Virus record (IMG/VR): IMGVR_UViG_3300037755_000216 | Location: 7,017-71,016 of that record | Length of the DNA: 64,000 nt | Origin: a virus | Lineage: Duplodnaviria; Caudoviricetes | Strand: one strand, 5' to 3' | Shown: positions 26,712 through 34,626 of the stretch, piece after piece | Position numbering within the stretch: the first letter of the stretch is position 1 | Layout: every line of letters starts with the position of its first letter | Notes under the pieces: generated by a model | The model's input: the letters and a program-made list of their open reading frames with translations, nothing else | The model's database searches: none | What the model was told of the DNA's origin: nothing | Translations under genes and position numbers: made by a program

Positions 26712-27487
26712 GCTGGAAACTCCCGTATTCTGATTTCTTCTGGCCACTCGGCCGGATCGTCGCCCTTGCCGGTGTACGCGATGGACTGGCCACGATCAAC
26801 CGCTCTGGAACCCAGTTGCTTCATGAAGAATGGTTGTTCCCATGAATGCGTGTCGTACATCAACTCGCGAGCCCAGTCCACGTCGAACTTGCGGCACTTG
26901 CCGAACTGCGCAGACTCGCCGCCGCACACGACCCAGTTGATGTGCTGCATCAGTGCGCCCATGAAAATCCTTTCTAATTGCGGCTCGATGGACAACCACC
27001 TCACCCTAGCCGGGATGTGCTCCAGCTTGCGAATGTCGCGCTCGGCTTCTTCTTGCGTGACGACGGTAATGCCAAGCCACACGTTCGGATAACCGATGCC
27101 CCAGTCTGGCGGCAGCATCGCCTTCACGTTGCCGACGCGCTTCGTCAACAGCAGCCACGTCAGGTTCGGCGTGAGCTTGATCAACTCGAACAGCGAGGCG
27201 CGTACAGCAGTATCCGCTTCGTTGTCGAAGACGTCGGCCTGCGATGCGCAGAACACGCGCCACGGCACGCCGGCTACGTTCGCCTTCTTGTCCCACTGCA
27301 ACGGCTTGCGCCAGTACGCTTCGCTGGTCACCCGCCGCGGTGCGCTAGCGCCCCAATGTGCCCCGCCAGTGAATCGGTGATCACCGGCCGCCGCATAACA
27401 GTTGTCGCAGCCTGGGCCGATCTTGGTACATCCGATCCATGGTGAGAACGTCGAGTCGCACCATGCGATTTTTGTTTCTTCGGCCAT
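26708..27487 (-). CDS. DUF5131 (phage Gp37/Gp68) family protein
   Basis: TKIAWCDSTFSPWIGCTKIGPGCDNCYA, VFCASQADVF, WLLLTKR, WLSIEP, WVVCGGESA, PFFMKQLG. Confidence 0.92.
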   Translation of the reverse strand: MAEETKIAWCDSTFSPWIGCTKIGPGCDNCYAAAGDHRFTGGAHWGASAPRRVTSEAYWRKPLQWDKKANVAGVPWRVFCASQADVFDNEADTAVRASLFELIKLTPNLTWLLLTKRVGNVKAMLPPDWGIGYPNVWLGITVVTQEEAERDIRKLEHIPARVRWLSIEPQLERIFMGALMQHINWVVCGGESAQFGKCRKFDVDWARELMYDTHSWEQPFFMKQLGSRAVDRGQSIAYTGKGDDPAEWPEEIRIREFPA

Positions 27488-28137
27488 TAGAGCAACCTCT
27501 GGTTCAGTCTCGCCAACGCATCCACCGAGAAGCCAGGCAGGCGTCCGGTGCGCGCAAAGCACTCATCCGCTCGCTGCACTTCCTCCTGCGGCATCGGCTG
27601 CCAGCGCTGCGCAAACGCCTCCATCAACATCTCGCGAAAGTCCTGCTGATTGTCCGCGAAGACCGCATACGGTTGCGTCTCGTGGCGCGGATCGCGGGCG
27701 GCGATCTCATGGAAATCAGCCACGAGTTTGTTCTTGATCAGGACAAGTTCGACCAAGCTATCCTCGCTCGCTGGCGTGCCCAACCGATGATTACCGTGCG
27801 TCAGGAACTCCAGCAGCCGCACGTTGGCGAACTGGACGTAGGGATCGATCTTGATGGGCGGGCCGCCCGGCCGGCTGCTCGAGGCGCCAGCACTGCGCAA
27901 GTCTCGATAGATGCCCCACATCTGCCGAGGATTGGGAATCTTCTCCGGTCCCTCGGGTCCGAGTGCGTGATCCACCACGCGCTCCAGCGTGCCCAGCGGC
28001 ATCTTGATCAGCCCGCGCCAATACGCCTCGTTGCGCTCGTTCGTCACTGGGATGTTGTACCCAGCGCAGAGCACGGCGATCTGCGCCTCGAACTGCTTGC
28101 GCTCTGCTTGTTGGCGTTTTTGGTTCCCTGCGCCCAT
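27487..28137 (-). CDS. Putative helicase loader/replication accessory protein
   Basis: Follows the replication protein; AYWRGL...KIPNPRQM resembles loader-type phage proteins. Weak. Confidence 0.45.
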   Translation of the reverse strand: MGAGNQKRQQAERKQFEAQIAVLCAGYNIPVTNERNEAYWRGLIKMPLGTLERVVDHALGPEGPEKIPNPRQMWGIYRDLRSAGASSSRPGGPPIKIDPYVQFANVRLLEFLTHGNHRLGTPASEDSLVELVLIKNKLVADFHEIAARDPRHETQPYAVFADNQQDFREMLMEAFAQRWQPMPQEEVQRADECFARTGRLPGFSVDALARLNQRLL

Positions 28138-28605
28138 TCAATGCTCCGTCGGCTGCAGCTCGCGCCGCTTGGCTGTGATCCTGGCACGTAGGTTCGGTGC
28201 GATCGCCAGATCCTCGATCGCTACGATCTGCGCGTCATCCATCCCCGTGCGTATAGCGCGCTCGATGATGGCGTTCTCAAGTTCGTCTGCAGATTGGTAA
28301 CGGCGCTCTGGGTGCGCGACTTTCTGGTTGCGTGGTTTGAACCTGGCTTCCCTCTTTTGCTGTTCCCTCATCCAATTGCGCCACACTGCCGGCCAATCCT
28401 TGTGCGGCATCTTAAACTCGTGATCCTTGAGCGCTTCTGTCTCATCCTCGATGTTCACATCCGGCGCCTTATGCGTAGCCCACGTACGTAGATCTGGCGT
28501 GATCTGGAAATCCGGCGGGCATCTCTTTGTCGGTCTCGGCTCTGGCTTGATCTCTTCATCATCTCCGAACATCGCAAGCTGAGTCTTCGCCATCTTTTTC
28601 TCCAT
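28138..28605 (-). CDS. Replication initiator-like protein with DnaT-like ssDNA-binding domain
   Basis: CPPDF..TPDLRTWA...DETEALKDH...DWPAVWRNWM; start 28605 or 28593. Confidence 0.6.
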   Translation of the reverse strand: MEKKMAKTQLAMFGDDEEIKPEPRPTKRCPPDFQITPDLRTWATHKAPDVNIEDETEALKDHEFKMPHKDWPAVWRNWMREQQKREARFKPRNQKVAHPERRYQSADELENAIIERAIRTGMDDAQIVAIEDLAIAPNLRARITAKRRELQPTEH

Positions 28606-28893
28606 TCTGTTTCTATTGGCCACCCCCACGACTGGAGAGGCTCAAACTCCAAAATACCTTTGCGGTGCCGTATCGGGATGAGTCCCTGTCCTGCGTCGGC
28701 CGCAAACCGATCGAAAGGGGGCGTAGCGAGCGTTTACCTCGTATCACCAGAATGATTCCTGGTGCACCGGCCCCGGCATCAGCATCGCCCAATCACGGCT
28801 AGCTGTCTCAGCTCTTACGCGACCGAGAGTTTTACGCGGGCAGCAATTGCTAACGCCTGACCGAGCGGTAGGCGGCTTTCTTTAGGCGCAGGT

Positions 28894-28921
28894 TTGATCG
28901 TGACACGGATGGTGATACAAT
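28894..28921 (+). promoter_or_regulatory. Sigma70 promoter, antisense to the replication operon
   Basis: TTGATC (28894-28899), 16-nt spacer, extended -10 TGaTACAAT (28913-28921). Confidence 0.7.
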
Positions 28922-28927
28922 CCGGTC

Positions 28928-29023
28928 GCGACGTTATTCGCCAACGTCAGCCGCCACGGGAGTGCTTCTACACACTGCCCTGACGCGCCCCGGAGGAGTA
29001 ATCCTTGCGGGGCGTGTCTTTTT
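28928..29023 (+). ncRNA. Candidate ~96-nt structured antisense small RNA
   Basis: Bounded by the promoter and an intrinsic terminator; three hairpins, no ORF. Confidence 0.55.
28982..29023 (+). terminator. Rho-independent terminator
   Basis: GACGCGCCCCG-GAGGA-GTAA-TCCTT-G-CGGGGCGTGTC stem followed by TTTTT. Confidence 0.75.
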
Positions 29024-29057
29024 ACACCTTCCGATATTCCTACTGCAAGTCGATTCG

Positions 29058-29258
29058 TTACTGGCCAGCGCGTTCAACGAAGTGATCCGCAGCCTGGCGC
29101 CGGTTCCATGCGCGAACTGCGCTGGCATTCGTGTATCGCCGCGGACCCAATGTGCCGCATCGCAAGCACTGAACTTGGAACTGCCGCCCCTTCTGGCTGT
29201 ACTCGTGGACGCGCAGCTTCAGCGAGGCACAGAATGGGCAGGCGCGGATCTGCGTCAC
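29058..29258 (-). CDS. lar: Lar-family restriction alleviation protein
   Basis: ACPFCAS...VQCLRCG..GP...AVRAWNRR. Confidence 0.75.
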   Translation of the reverse strand: MTQIRACPFCASLKLRVHEYSQKGRQFQVQCLRCGTLGPRRYTNASAVRAWNRRQAADHFVERAGQ

Positions 29259-29980
29259 ATGAAGGCTTCGAAGTAGGAACTATCGGTCAGCACATGCAAC
29301 GAAACAGATAGCCTGAAGATCGCTTCGGAAGTCATTTCGATCCGATGAACCTTGCCGTCGACATCCTGCAGCTTCAAGACATGATTGATATCGAAAATGC
29401 CGATATCGTTCTCGACCTCCGATTCGGCTGGCGCCGGCAACGCAGGTGGCTGTGCATTGGTTTCAGCCAGCGCCGCAACAGCGGCTGACGCAGCTCGCAA
29501 CCTGGCTACCTCGGCCTGAAGCTCCGCGCACTCGCTGCTCTTGTCCTGGCACCACTGTCGAATATCCGCCGCCGCCTTGATCATGGCCTCGCGCTTGAAG
29601 TCGCCCTCCAGACCCAGGTAAGCGCCCAACTCCGACATGAACGCGGCTACAGCCTGCGTATGCTCGGTAAAGCGGTCCGCGTCGGTCTTCGGCGGCCGGC
29701 CGCGTTTGCGCACCGTCATGGTCTCGGATCGATGGACGGTCTGCTCGGTCTCCATTTCCACGGCGCCGTCGTTGGTCTGATCGTCGTCATCCTCGAGCGG
29801 ATGCAGCGAGTACAGGTTGTCGACTTTCTGAATGGTCCTGGCTGCCACCAACGAGGTGAGTTGCATCGCCACGACGCTGTCGGAGATGCGATCAATGTGC
29901 AGCACGTCCATCAGCGCCGACTCGCTCATTGGTCCGTCGCGCAGTGCATCCACGACGCGCACAGAGATGGGTTTAGTCAT
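29255..29980 (-). CDS. Putative DNA-binding protein (winged-helix-like N-terminus, AT-hook-like RGRPPK)
   Basis: VVDALRDGPMSESAL...LTSLVAARTIQKVDNLYSL; KRGRPPK. Confidence 0.6.
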   Translation of the reverse strand: MTKPISVRVVDALRDGPMSESALMDVLHIDRISDSVVAMQLTSLVAARTIQKVDNLYSLHPLEDDDDQTNDGAVEMETEQTVHRSETMTVRKRGRPPKTDADRFTEHTQAVAAFMSELGAYLGLEGDFKREAMIKAAADIRQWCQDKSSECAELQAEVARLRAASAAVAALAETNAQPPALPAPAESEVENDIGIFDINHVLKLQDVDGKVHRIEMTSEAIFRLSVSLHVLTDSSYFEAFM

Positions 29981-30001
29981 AGGTTAGTTCCCGCAGCCCT
30001 T

Positions 30002-30172
30002 TCAAGTGCCGCCGGATTGCACGATCTCGTGGGCCGCCTTTACCTTAGTCTCGCTCACTGCCCCAGCCGCGACCATGACTCGCTCGGCGCGGATGTATTC
30101 TTGAACTTCCTTGCTGAGCATGCTCACCTGGTCTTCCAGTTCTTTAATTCTCTTTTCGTAGTCAAATTCCAT
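30002..30172 (-). CDS. 56-aa coiled-coil protein (absent from the track)
   Basis: MEFDYEKRIKELEDQVSMLSKEV...; GGGAG SD. Confidence 0.55.
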   Translation of the reverse strand: MEFDYEKRIKELEDQVSMLSKEVQEYIRAERVMVAAGAVSETKVKAAHEIVQSGGT

Positions 30173-30187
30173 GGTCATCTCCCCGGT

Positions 30188-30511
30188 TCAGACCGGATCT
30201 GGTGGCGAGCACGGAACATCACCGAGCCACTTCTTTCCGCCGCATTGGGTGCAGATCTGCTGCGCAAGATCCTCGCAGCGATGCTCTGCCAGCAGGATGC
30301 TCGCACCGCAAGCAATGCAAATACCATCGTCATACACGTGAGGCACAGCGCTTGGTTCTGCAGCAGGAACCGGCAGCGGCACCTCACACCATCCATGTGC
30401 GTCATCTAACTCCCAAATGCGGCCCTCATCGTCTAGCGCATGCAAAACCCAGTTGCACTGAGTCGTGTGGTTATTGGCGACACCGGCGGATGTGATCTGA
30501 ATGAATTTCAT
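30188..30511 (-). CDS. Cys-rich hypothetical protein
   Basis: Start moved to ATG 30511 (ATGA overlap); CIACG and CTQCGG. Confidence 0.55.
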   Translation of the reverse strand: MKFIQITSAGVANNHTTQCNWVLHALDDEGRIWELDDAHGWCEVPLPVPAAEPSAVPHVYDDGICIACGASILLAEHRCEDLAQQICTQCGGKKWLGDVPCSPPDPV

Positions 30512-30846
30512 TGGCCCGATTCCTTCGCTTCCCCAGCGCTCCTTGTTTCCTCCAAGCGTCTCGGCGACTGCTCGAACACCTTTGAGAATGACCGTTCCTC
30601 GCTTGGCGACAGAGTCACTGGCGTTTCCGGAGATGCTATAGCCGTCAGCTCTTCGATTCGCTTTGCCGCGCGATGAGCCAGAATGCCGATCATCACGAAC
30701 GTGTCTTTTTCTACTTCCATCCGCTTGCGATGCGGGATGTCGCGTAGGGCCTCGACCAGCCAAGCATCTGAGTGAGCGGAAATCGCTCGTCGCAAATCTT
30801 CGAAGTGCTGATCGGCAAGCCGACGCTGAATGTCTCGGTTACTCAT
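30508..30846 (-). CDS. Hypothetical protein
   Basis: 112 aa with coupled overlaps. Confidence 0.6.
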   Translation of the reverse strand: MSNRDIQRRLADQHFEDLRRAISAHSDAWLVEALRDIPHRKRMEVEKDTFVMIGILAHRAAKRIEELTAIASPETPVTLSPSEERSFSKVFEQSPRRLEETRSAGEAKESGQ

Positions 30847-31114
30847 CCGCGCTCTCTCCCTGCGCTGGGCATCCAGCGACGTGATTCCCGACCCTGCCTT
30901 GGTAGTACGGGCATGTGCAGCCAGCGCGGGCTAACTGGTCTATCTTCTTCGCCTCGCACTCTGGCCGCTCCAGCGCTTCCTGATACTCGGAGTCACTTAC
31001 AGGGTGATCGTGTCGCAGAGGAATCCCCATGCGGATCAGCGCAAGCCGCGTCCTGAATCGACCCATTGCGCGCTTGAGGATCGCTTCTTCCTTCGAACTA
31101 AGCTGGTCACTCAT
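30839..31114 (-). CDS. Hypothetical protein starting inside repeat A
   Basis: MSDQLSSKEEAILKRA..., C-terminal CTCP...H...C; ATG 31114. Confidence 0.6.
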   Translation of the reverse strand: MSDQLSSKEEAILKRAMGRFRTRLALIRMGIPLRHDHPVSDSEYQEALERPECEAKKIDQLARAGCTCPYYQGRVGNHVAGCPAQGESADE

Positions 31115-31898
31115 GTTCTGCTCGCTTCGTTTGCGATGAGCTACGCAGCTCCGCCCGGATCTCCATCCACAGCTTGCCGAGCATGTTCTGCCCGTCGCGC
31201 TTCTCGCCCCATCCCCAGTAATCGTCGCGCCACGAGTTCTCAATCAGCTCGCGGCCGCCGGTCGCCAGCAGTTTGCGGCGCACGTAGTCGTGTTGTTCAA
31301 CCTTCGCGCGTAGGATTCGTCGCATGATCTCAACCTTCACCGCGTCCCAATCCTTACGCCGCAGTCCCTTATTCCGTTCAGCAATCTTGAATGCGACGTG
31401 AGCGGATTCCGAGAAACGGACGCGCTCTGCAACTTCCGGCGCGCACCGGATGAACTTTTCCCAGTGATACGCATGCTCAGACGTCGGAAAGTCAATGTTG
31501 TGCCACTTCATCTGGAAGGATGAGAAGTTCGACAGGACGTAGCAATCCTGCTCATAGAAAAAAACCTGCGTGTCAGTGTCGAGCATGAGCGGACCAGCGT
31601 CCGGCGGTTGCGATGGCCTGCCAGCGATGTATTTCCGGGCTGCAATGACCGCTCGCTCCCAGTCGGTCTCACCGTCCGATGTAACGTCGCAGTGTCGTAG
31701 CAGGTCACGCAGCAATGCATCCGCTCGCGGTTCGAGCGCAACTCTATCGCGGTCCCGTAGTTCAATCAGCTTTTCCGCCTGCTGCTGGAGAGACGCCGAA
31801 ACAAGCCGCTCTTCTTCCCGATCCTGCAGCGCCGCGCGCTTGAGGATCGCTTCTTCCTTCGGGCAAGGCTCGTCACTCATGTTCTGCTCGCTTCGTTT
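31068..31898. repeat. Direct repeat A (65 bp): 31068-31132 and 31834-31898
   Basis: 28 bp identical, 10 bp variable, 27 bp identical; spans gene stop/start junctions. Confidence 0.92.
31107..31880 (-). CDS. NADAR (YbiA-like) family protein with chimeric N-terminal extension
   Basis: FFY...LSNF...FPTSEHAYHWEKF...DW...MRRILRAK..QH...KLLATG.RELIE...DDYWG...GQNMLGKLWMEIR. Confidence 0.9.
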   Translation of the reverse strand: MSDEPCPKEEAILKRAALQDREEERLVSASLQQQAEKLIELRDRDRVALEPRADALLRDLLRHCDVTSDGETDWERAVIAARKYIAGRPSQPPDAGPLMLDTDTQVFFYEQDCYVLSNFSSFQMKWHNIDFPTSEHAYHWEKFIRCAPEVAERVRFSESAHVAFKIAERNKGLRRKDWDAVKVEIMRRILRAKVEQHDYVRRKLLATGGRELIENSWRDDYWGWGEKRDGQNMLGKLWMEIRAELRSSSQTKRAEHE

Positions 31899-32132
31899 TA
31901 CCTGAACACCGATATAGCAACCGGCGCTGATCGCCTGGCTCATCGACATCGCTTATCATTATTTCCAGCTCTCCAGAGCGGACGAGATTGGAAAAGCGGG
32001 CCATCAGTGCGCCAACATCGCTAGGTTCGCGCGCAACTCTATCGCGGTCCCGTAGTTCAATCAGCTTTTCCGCCTGCTGCTGGAGAGACGCCGAAACAAG
32101 TCGTTCTTCTTCCCGATCCTGCAGCGCCGCGC
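31736..32132. repeat. Direct repeat B (102 bp): 31736-31837 and 32031-32132
   Basis: 100 of 102 bp identical; encodes ALQDREEERLVSASLQQQAEKLIELRDRDRVA in two adjacent genes. Confidence 0.92.
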
Positions 32133-32433
32133 TGAGCTTCTTTTCGGCGGCGGCCAGCTTTCTTTCCAGATCAGGTAACTGCGGTTGCGGCGTTCCCCAT
32201 CCGATCCTAGCCAGCAGACTCTCGATCTCGCCAGTCAGCACCACGCGGCCAGATTCGTAGCGGGCGACGTCTTGCTGTAGGCGCTCGATCTCAGCACGCT
32301 GCCACGCAATGACGTCGGTCGCGTATTCTTCCCTGGCTTGTCGCTCTTGCTCATGAGCCACTAAATTGATCTTTGACCATCGCGCCAGATAGTCGGCAAA
32401 GACTGGTTCTTTCGATGAACTCATGTCTGTCAT
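31873..32433 (-). CDS. Coiled-coil hypothetical protein
   Basis: 186 aa, contains repeat B and ends in repeat A (KRAEHE). Confidence 0.65.
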   Translation of the reverse strand: MTDMSSSKEPVFADYLARWSKINLVAHEQERQAREEYATDVIAWQRAEIERLQQDVARYESGRVVLTGEIESLLARIGWGTPQPQLPDLERKLAAAEKKLSAALQDREEERLVSASLQQQAEKLIELRDRDRVAREPSDVGALMARFSNLVRSGELEIMISDVDEPGDQRRLLYRCSGKTKRAEHE

Positions 32434-32651
32434 GCTCGCTGCTTCCTCAGTTCGTTGCCCTGCCTGACCGCCAACTGCTGCGCCTCCAGCAGCTGCAGCT
32501 TGTACTGGTCGCGCTCGGCGGTAAGCGTTTCAATCTCTGCAATCGCCATCGCACGCACGCTGCGGCAAGGCGCGCATTTCTCCAGCAACTCGCAGGTGTC
32601 GTGCTTGAGAGAGATTAGGGCGAGGCTTTCTTCAGCTGGCTCATTTGTCAT
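32430..32651 (-). CDS. Hypothetical protein
   Basis: 73 aa, coupled overlaps. Confidence 0.6.
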   Translation of the reverse strand: MTNEPAEESLALISLKHDTCELLEKCAPCRSVRAMAIAEIETLTAERDQYKLQLLEAQQLAVRQGNELRKQRA

Positions 32652-32883
32652 TTTTTATCTCCTTCAGCGTGCGCGACTCAATCCAATTCATCGCGCAGTT
32701 CCACGCGATTTCGAATGTCAGACGGATGCGGTTCTCCAAGTACTTCGGGTCTGAACCAATGTCAGCGGTGTCAAACAACGATCCATGGACCTCTTTTAGC
32801 CGGCGCCACTGTTCGTTGTAGGCGGCAACCTCAAGGGAGACCTGGAGCTTATTCTCGGGTGTCCGCGTAGCATCGGCGCTCAT
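32641..32883 (-). CDS. Hypothetical protein
   Basis: 80 aa, coupled overlaps. Confidence 0.6.
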   Translation of the reverse strand: MSADATRTPENKLQVSLEVAAYNEQWRRLKEVHGSLFDTADIGSDPKYLENRIRLTFEIAWNCAMNWIESRTLKEIKNDK

Positions 32884-33218
32884 ATCGATAGCCCCGCGAT
32901 GCCGTCCAGTGCCCGTTTCAGTGCCATGAAATCGCCGTTGACAAATTCGCCGCCCATCGGCACGTCGTCAGGCATGCGATCCCATTTGTCGTAGCAATTG
33001 CGCGCGGCAGTTATCAGATCTGCCAGCGACGGTGATGCGAGCCGCGCCCTGGCCTGAGCCGGGTACCGATCAGCGGACTGCTGGTCGCTCAGGCGAGTGC
33101 CATCGGTGAGTAAAAAACGGCGCTCTGGCAACACACGCGTGCCGTTGCCCAGGTCGAGCAGAACGGTGTCCGTGGGCGGCTGTTGCTTGGCCCATTCGAT
33201 TAGGTCAGCGATGATCAC
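32880..33218 (-). CDS. Hypothetical protein
   Basis: 112 aa, coupled overlaps. Confidence 0.6.
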   Translation of the reverse strand: MIIADLIEWAKQQPPTDTVLLDLGNGTRVLPERRFLLTDGTRLSDQQSADRYPAQARARLASPSLADLITAARNCYDKWDRMPDDVPMGGEFVNGDFMALKRALDGIAGLSI

Positions 33219-33562
33219 GGCAGGCTCCTGATGTATTCCAGCGCGGCGGATCTGATGGCGAGTGGGCCTGTACTCGCATCAGCGTCGAAAAGGCCAATCC
33301 TTGACGATTCAGAATCTCTCGCGAATGTCTCAACGTGAAATTTGTTCATCTCAGAGAAAAAATGCACCACCATCCCTTTGCCGCGCAACGCATCTAGGAT
33401 CAGCCCTGCGTCGGCCCAGGTGGTGAAGATTGGCGTCGTATTCGGCATGTCGTAGAACCTATCGGGATGAATCTGCCATTTTCCACGGCATTCAGCCGGG
33501 TCGCGCCGCCGCCACCCGAGCAGCTTCAAGCAGATCAATTCATTTTCTTCATCGGTCGTCAT
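33215..33562 (-). CDS. Phage ABA-sandwich-like domain protein
   Basis: ENELICLKLLGW...PIFTTWADAGLILDAL...GPLAIRSAAL; ATG 33562 coupled to the sigma stop. Confidence 0.6.
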   Translation of the reverse strand: MTTDEENELICLKLLGWRRRDPAECRGKWQIHPDRFYDMPNTTPIFTTWADAGLILDALRGKGMVVHFFSEMNKFHVETFARDSESSRIGLFDADASTGPLAIRSAALEYIRSLP

Positions 33563-34083
33563 GTTCTGTCCCAACTCATCGTCCTCAGGCGGGCCTTGCC
33601 TTGCGTCACATACTTCTCTACTGTGAACTCACTTAACCCTAGTTTTTTAGCGGTTTCCGCATACGACAGCCCGTCCCTCTTGTGACACAGCAACACTGCC
33701 GCATGCGTTGGAGGCAGTTGCGCAAGCGCCTTGTCGATCTGCTGCTGCAGATTCAATCGATCAGCCAGATCGTCGGGCAGTACGCAAGAGGGCTGGTCGG
33801 ACCATTCATCGACGGTGTCGCTATCGACAGTAATATGTTCACGTTCCTGTTCTACTTCGATGCGGAAATCCGCCAGCACATGCGAGGCTATGCCATATAA
33901 GTAAGCGAGGGGTTTATGGACTACCTTCTCATTGTCGAGCCTGAGCAATCGGCAGTACACCTCCTGTGCCAGGTCATCGACGTCCTGTGGCTGGCGCAGG
34001 CGCCGCATCAGGTAGCGATGCAGCTCGCGGCGGTAGCGGCCGAAGGTGGTGGCGAATGAAGAAACACGTCCGTTGATATCCAT
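33559..34083 (-). CDS. ECF (FecI-like) RNA polymerase sigma factor
   Basis: Region 2 YLMRRL...DVDDLAQEVYCRL...PLAYLYGIA; region 4 LAQLP...LLCHKRDGLSYAETAKKLGLSEFTVEKY. Confidence 0.9.
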   Translation of the reverse strand: MDINGRVSSFATTFGRYRRELHRYLMRRLRQPQDVDDLAQEVYCRLLRLDNEKVVHKPLAYLYGIASHVLADFRIEVEQEREHITVDSDTVDEWSDQPSCVLPDDLADRLNLQQQIDKALAQLPPTHAAVLLCHKRDGLSYAETAKKLGLSEFTVEKYVTQGKARLRTMSWDRT

Positions 34084-34123
34084 ATGAAACTCCGGGTGCT
34101 GCGAGCTAAGGAGTGGTGGTGGT

Positions 34124-34300
34124 TCAAGTAATCCGTTCCCAAATGCTGGTCAGTTTCTCATCCTGCTTTACGGTCAGTGGCCGGTTGCAGCCGAGTTGGA
34201 CCGTGATGCTATCGATGAAGCCGCGCTCCCAATCGGTCAGCGCCGACTCGCGCTGCTCCACATCAGCGAGCATCTGCGTTATTTCGTCTGGCGTGCTCAT
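34124..34300 (-). CDS. 58-aa conserved small phage protein (absent from the track)
   Basis: MSTPDEITQMLADVEQRESALTDWERGFIDS...LTVKQDEKLTSIWERIT; ATGA-coupled. Confidence 0.65.
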   Translation of the reverse strand: MSTPDEITQMLADVEQRESALTDWERGFIDSITVQLGCNRPLTVKQDEKLTSIWERIT

Positions 34301-34554
34301 GGCTTCGCCGTGCGCTCCAGTTCAGCTAACAAGTCATCGGCCAACATCACGCACGTCTGAACGATGTCACGACGTTCTTCCCAGCTTGGCATTCCGCGAG
34401 CCGTGAGCGTCGCCGCTTGCGCCTGCAACACTGCCTTGGCGAATTCCTCGCGCTTCGAGAGCCCTCTCGACCACACACGGTTTCCGCCTCCAAGATCAAT
34501 GACAATTGGCCGCGCTGCCGCTTCTAGGTGCTGCACTAAATCCGGTGACATCAT
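34297..34554 (-). CDS. Hypothetical protein, first gene of the leftward arm
   Basis: GLSKREEFAKAVLQA motif; GGGGAAG SD. Confidence 0.65.
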   Translation of the reverse strand: MMSPDLVQHLEAAARPIVIDLGGGNRVWSRGLSKREEFAKAVLQAQAATLTARGMPSWEERRDIVQTCVMLADDLLAELERTAKP

Positions 34555-34626
34555 CTTCCCCTTGCTTTCCGTCCCGAGTCTGATTAACGTGCTGCCACGT
34601 TGTCACCATGTCACGAGGAAGTCAAG
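34555..34626. promoter_or_regulatory. Divergent control region
   Basis: 72-bp gap at the strand switch; palindrome AACGTG-CTGC-CACGTT (34586-34601) abuts motif CGTGACATGGTGACAA (34615-34600). Confidence 0.6.

Noticed and set aside
31881-31949. Track's longer N-terminus for the NADAR ORF (MSMSQAIS...)
   Set aside because: It overlaps the upstream gene; ATG 31880 lies in repeat A at the same position as the ATG of the 31114 gene.
31068-32132. Repeats as a CRISPR array or DGR template/variable pair
   Set aside because: Only two copies each, 65-102 bp, inside coding sequence, with no spacer periodicity. The two mismatches in repeat B are synonymous, not adenine-directed diversification, and no reverse transcriptase is present.
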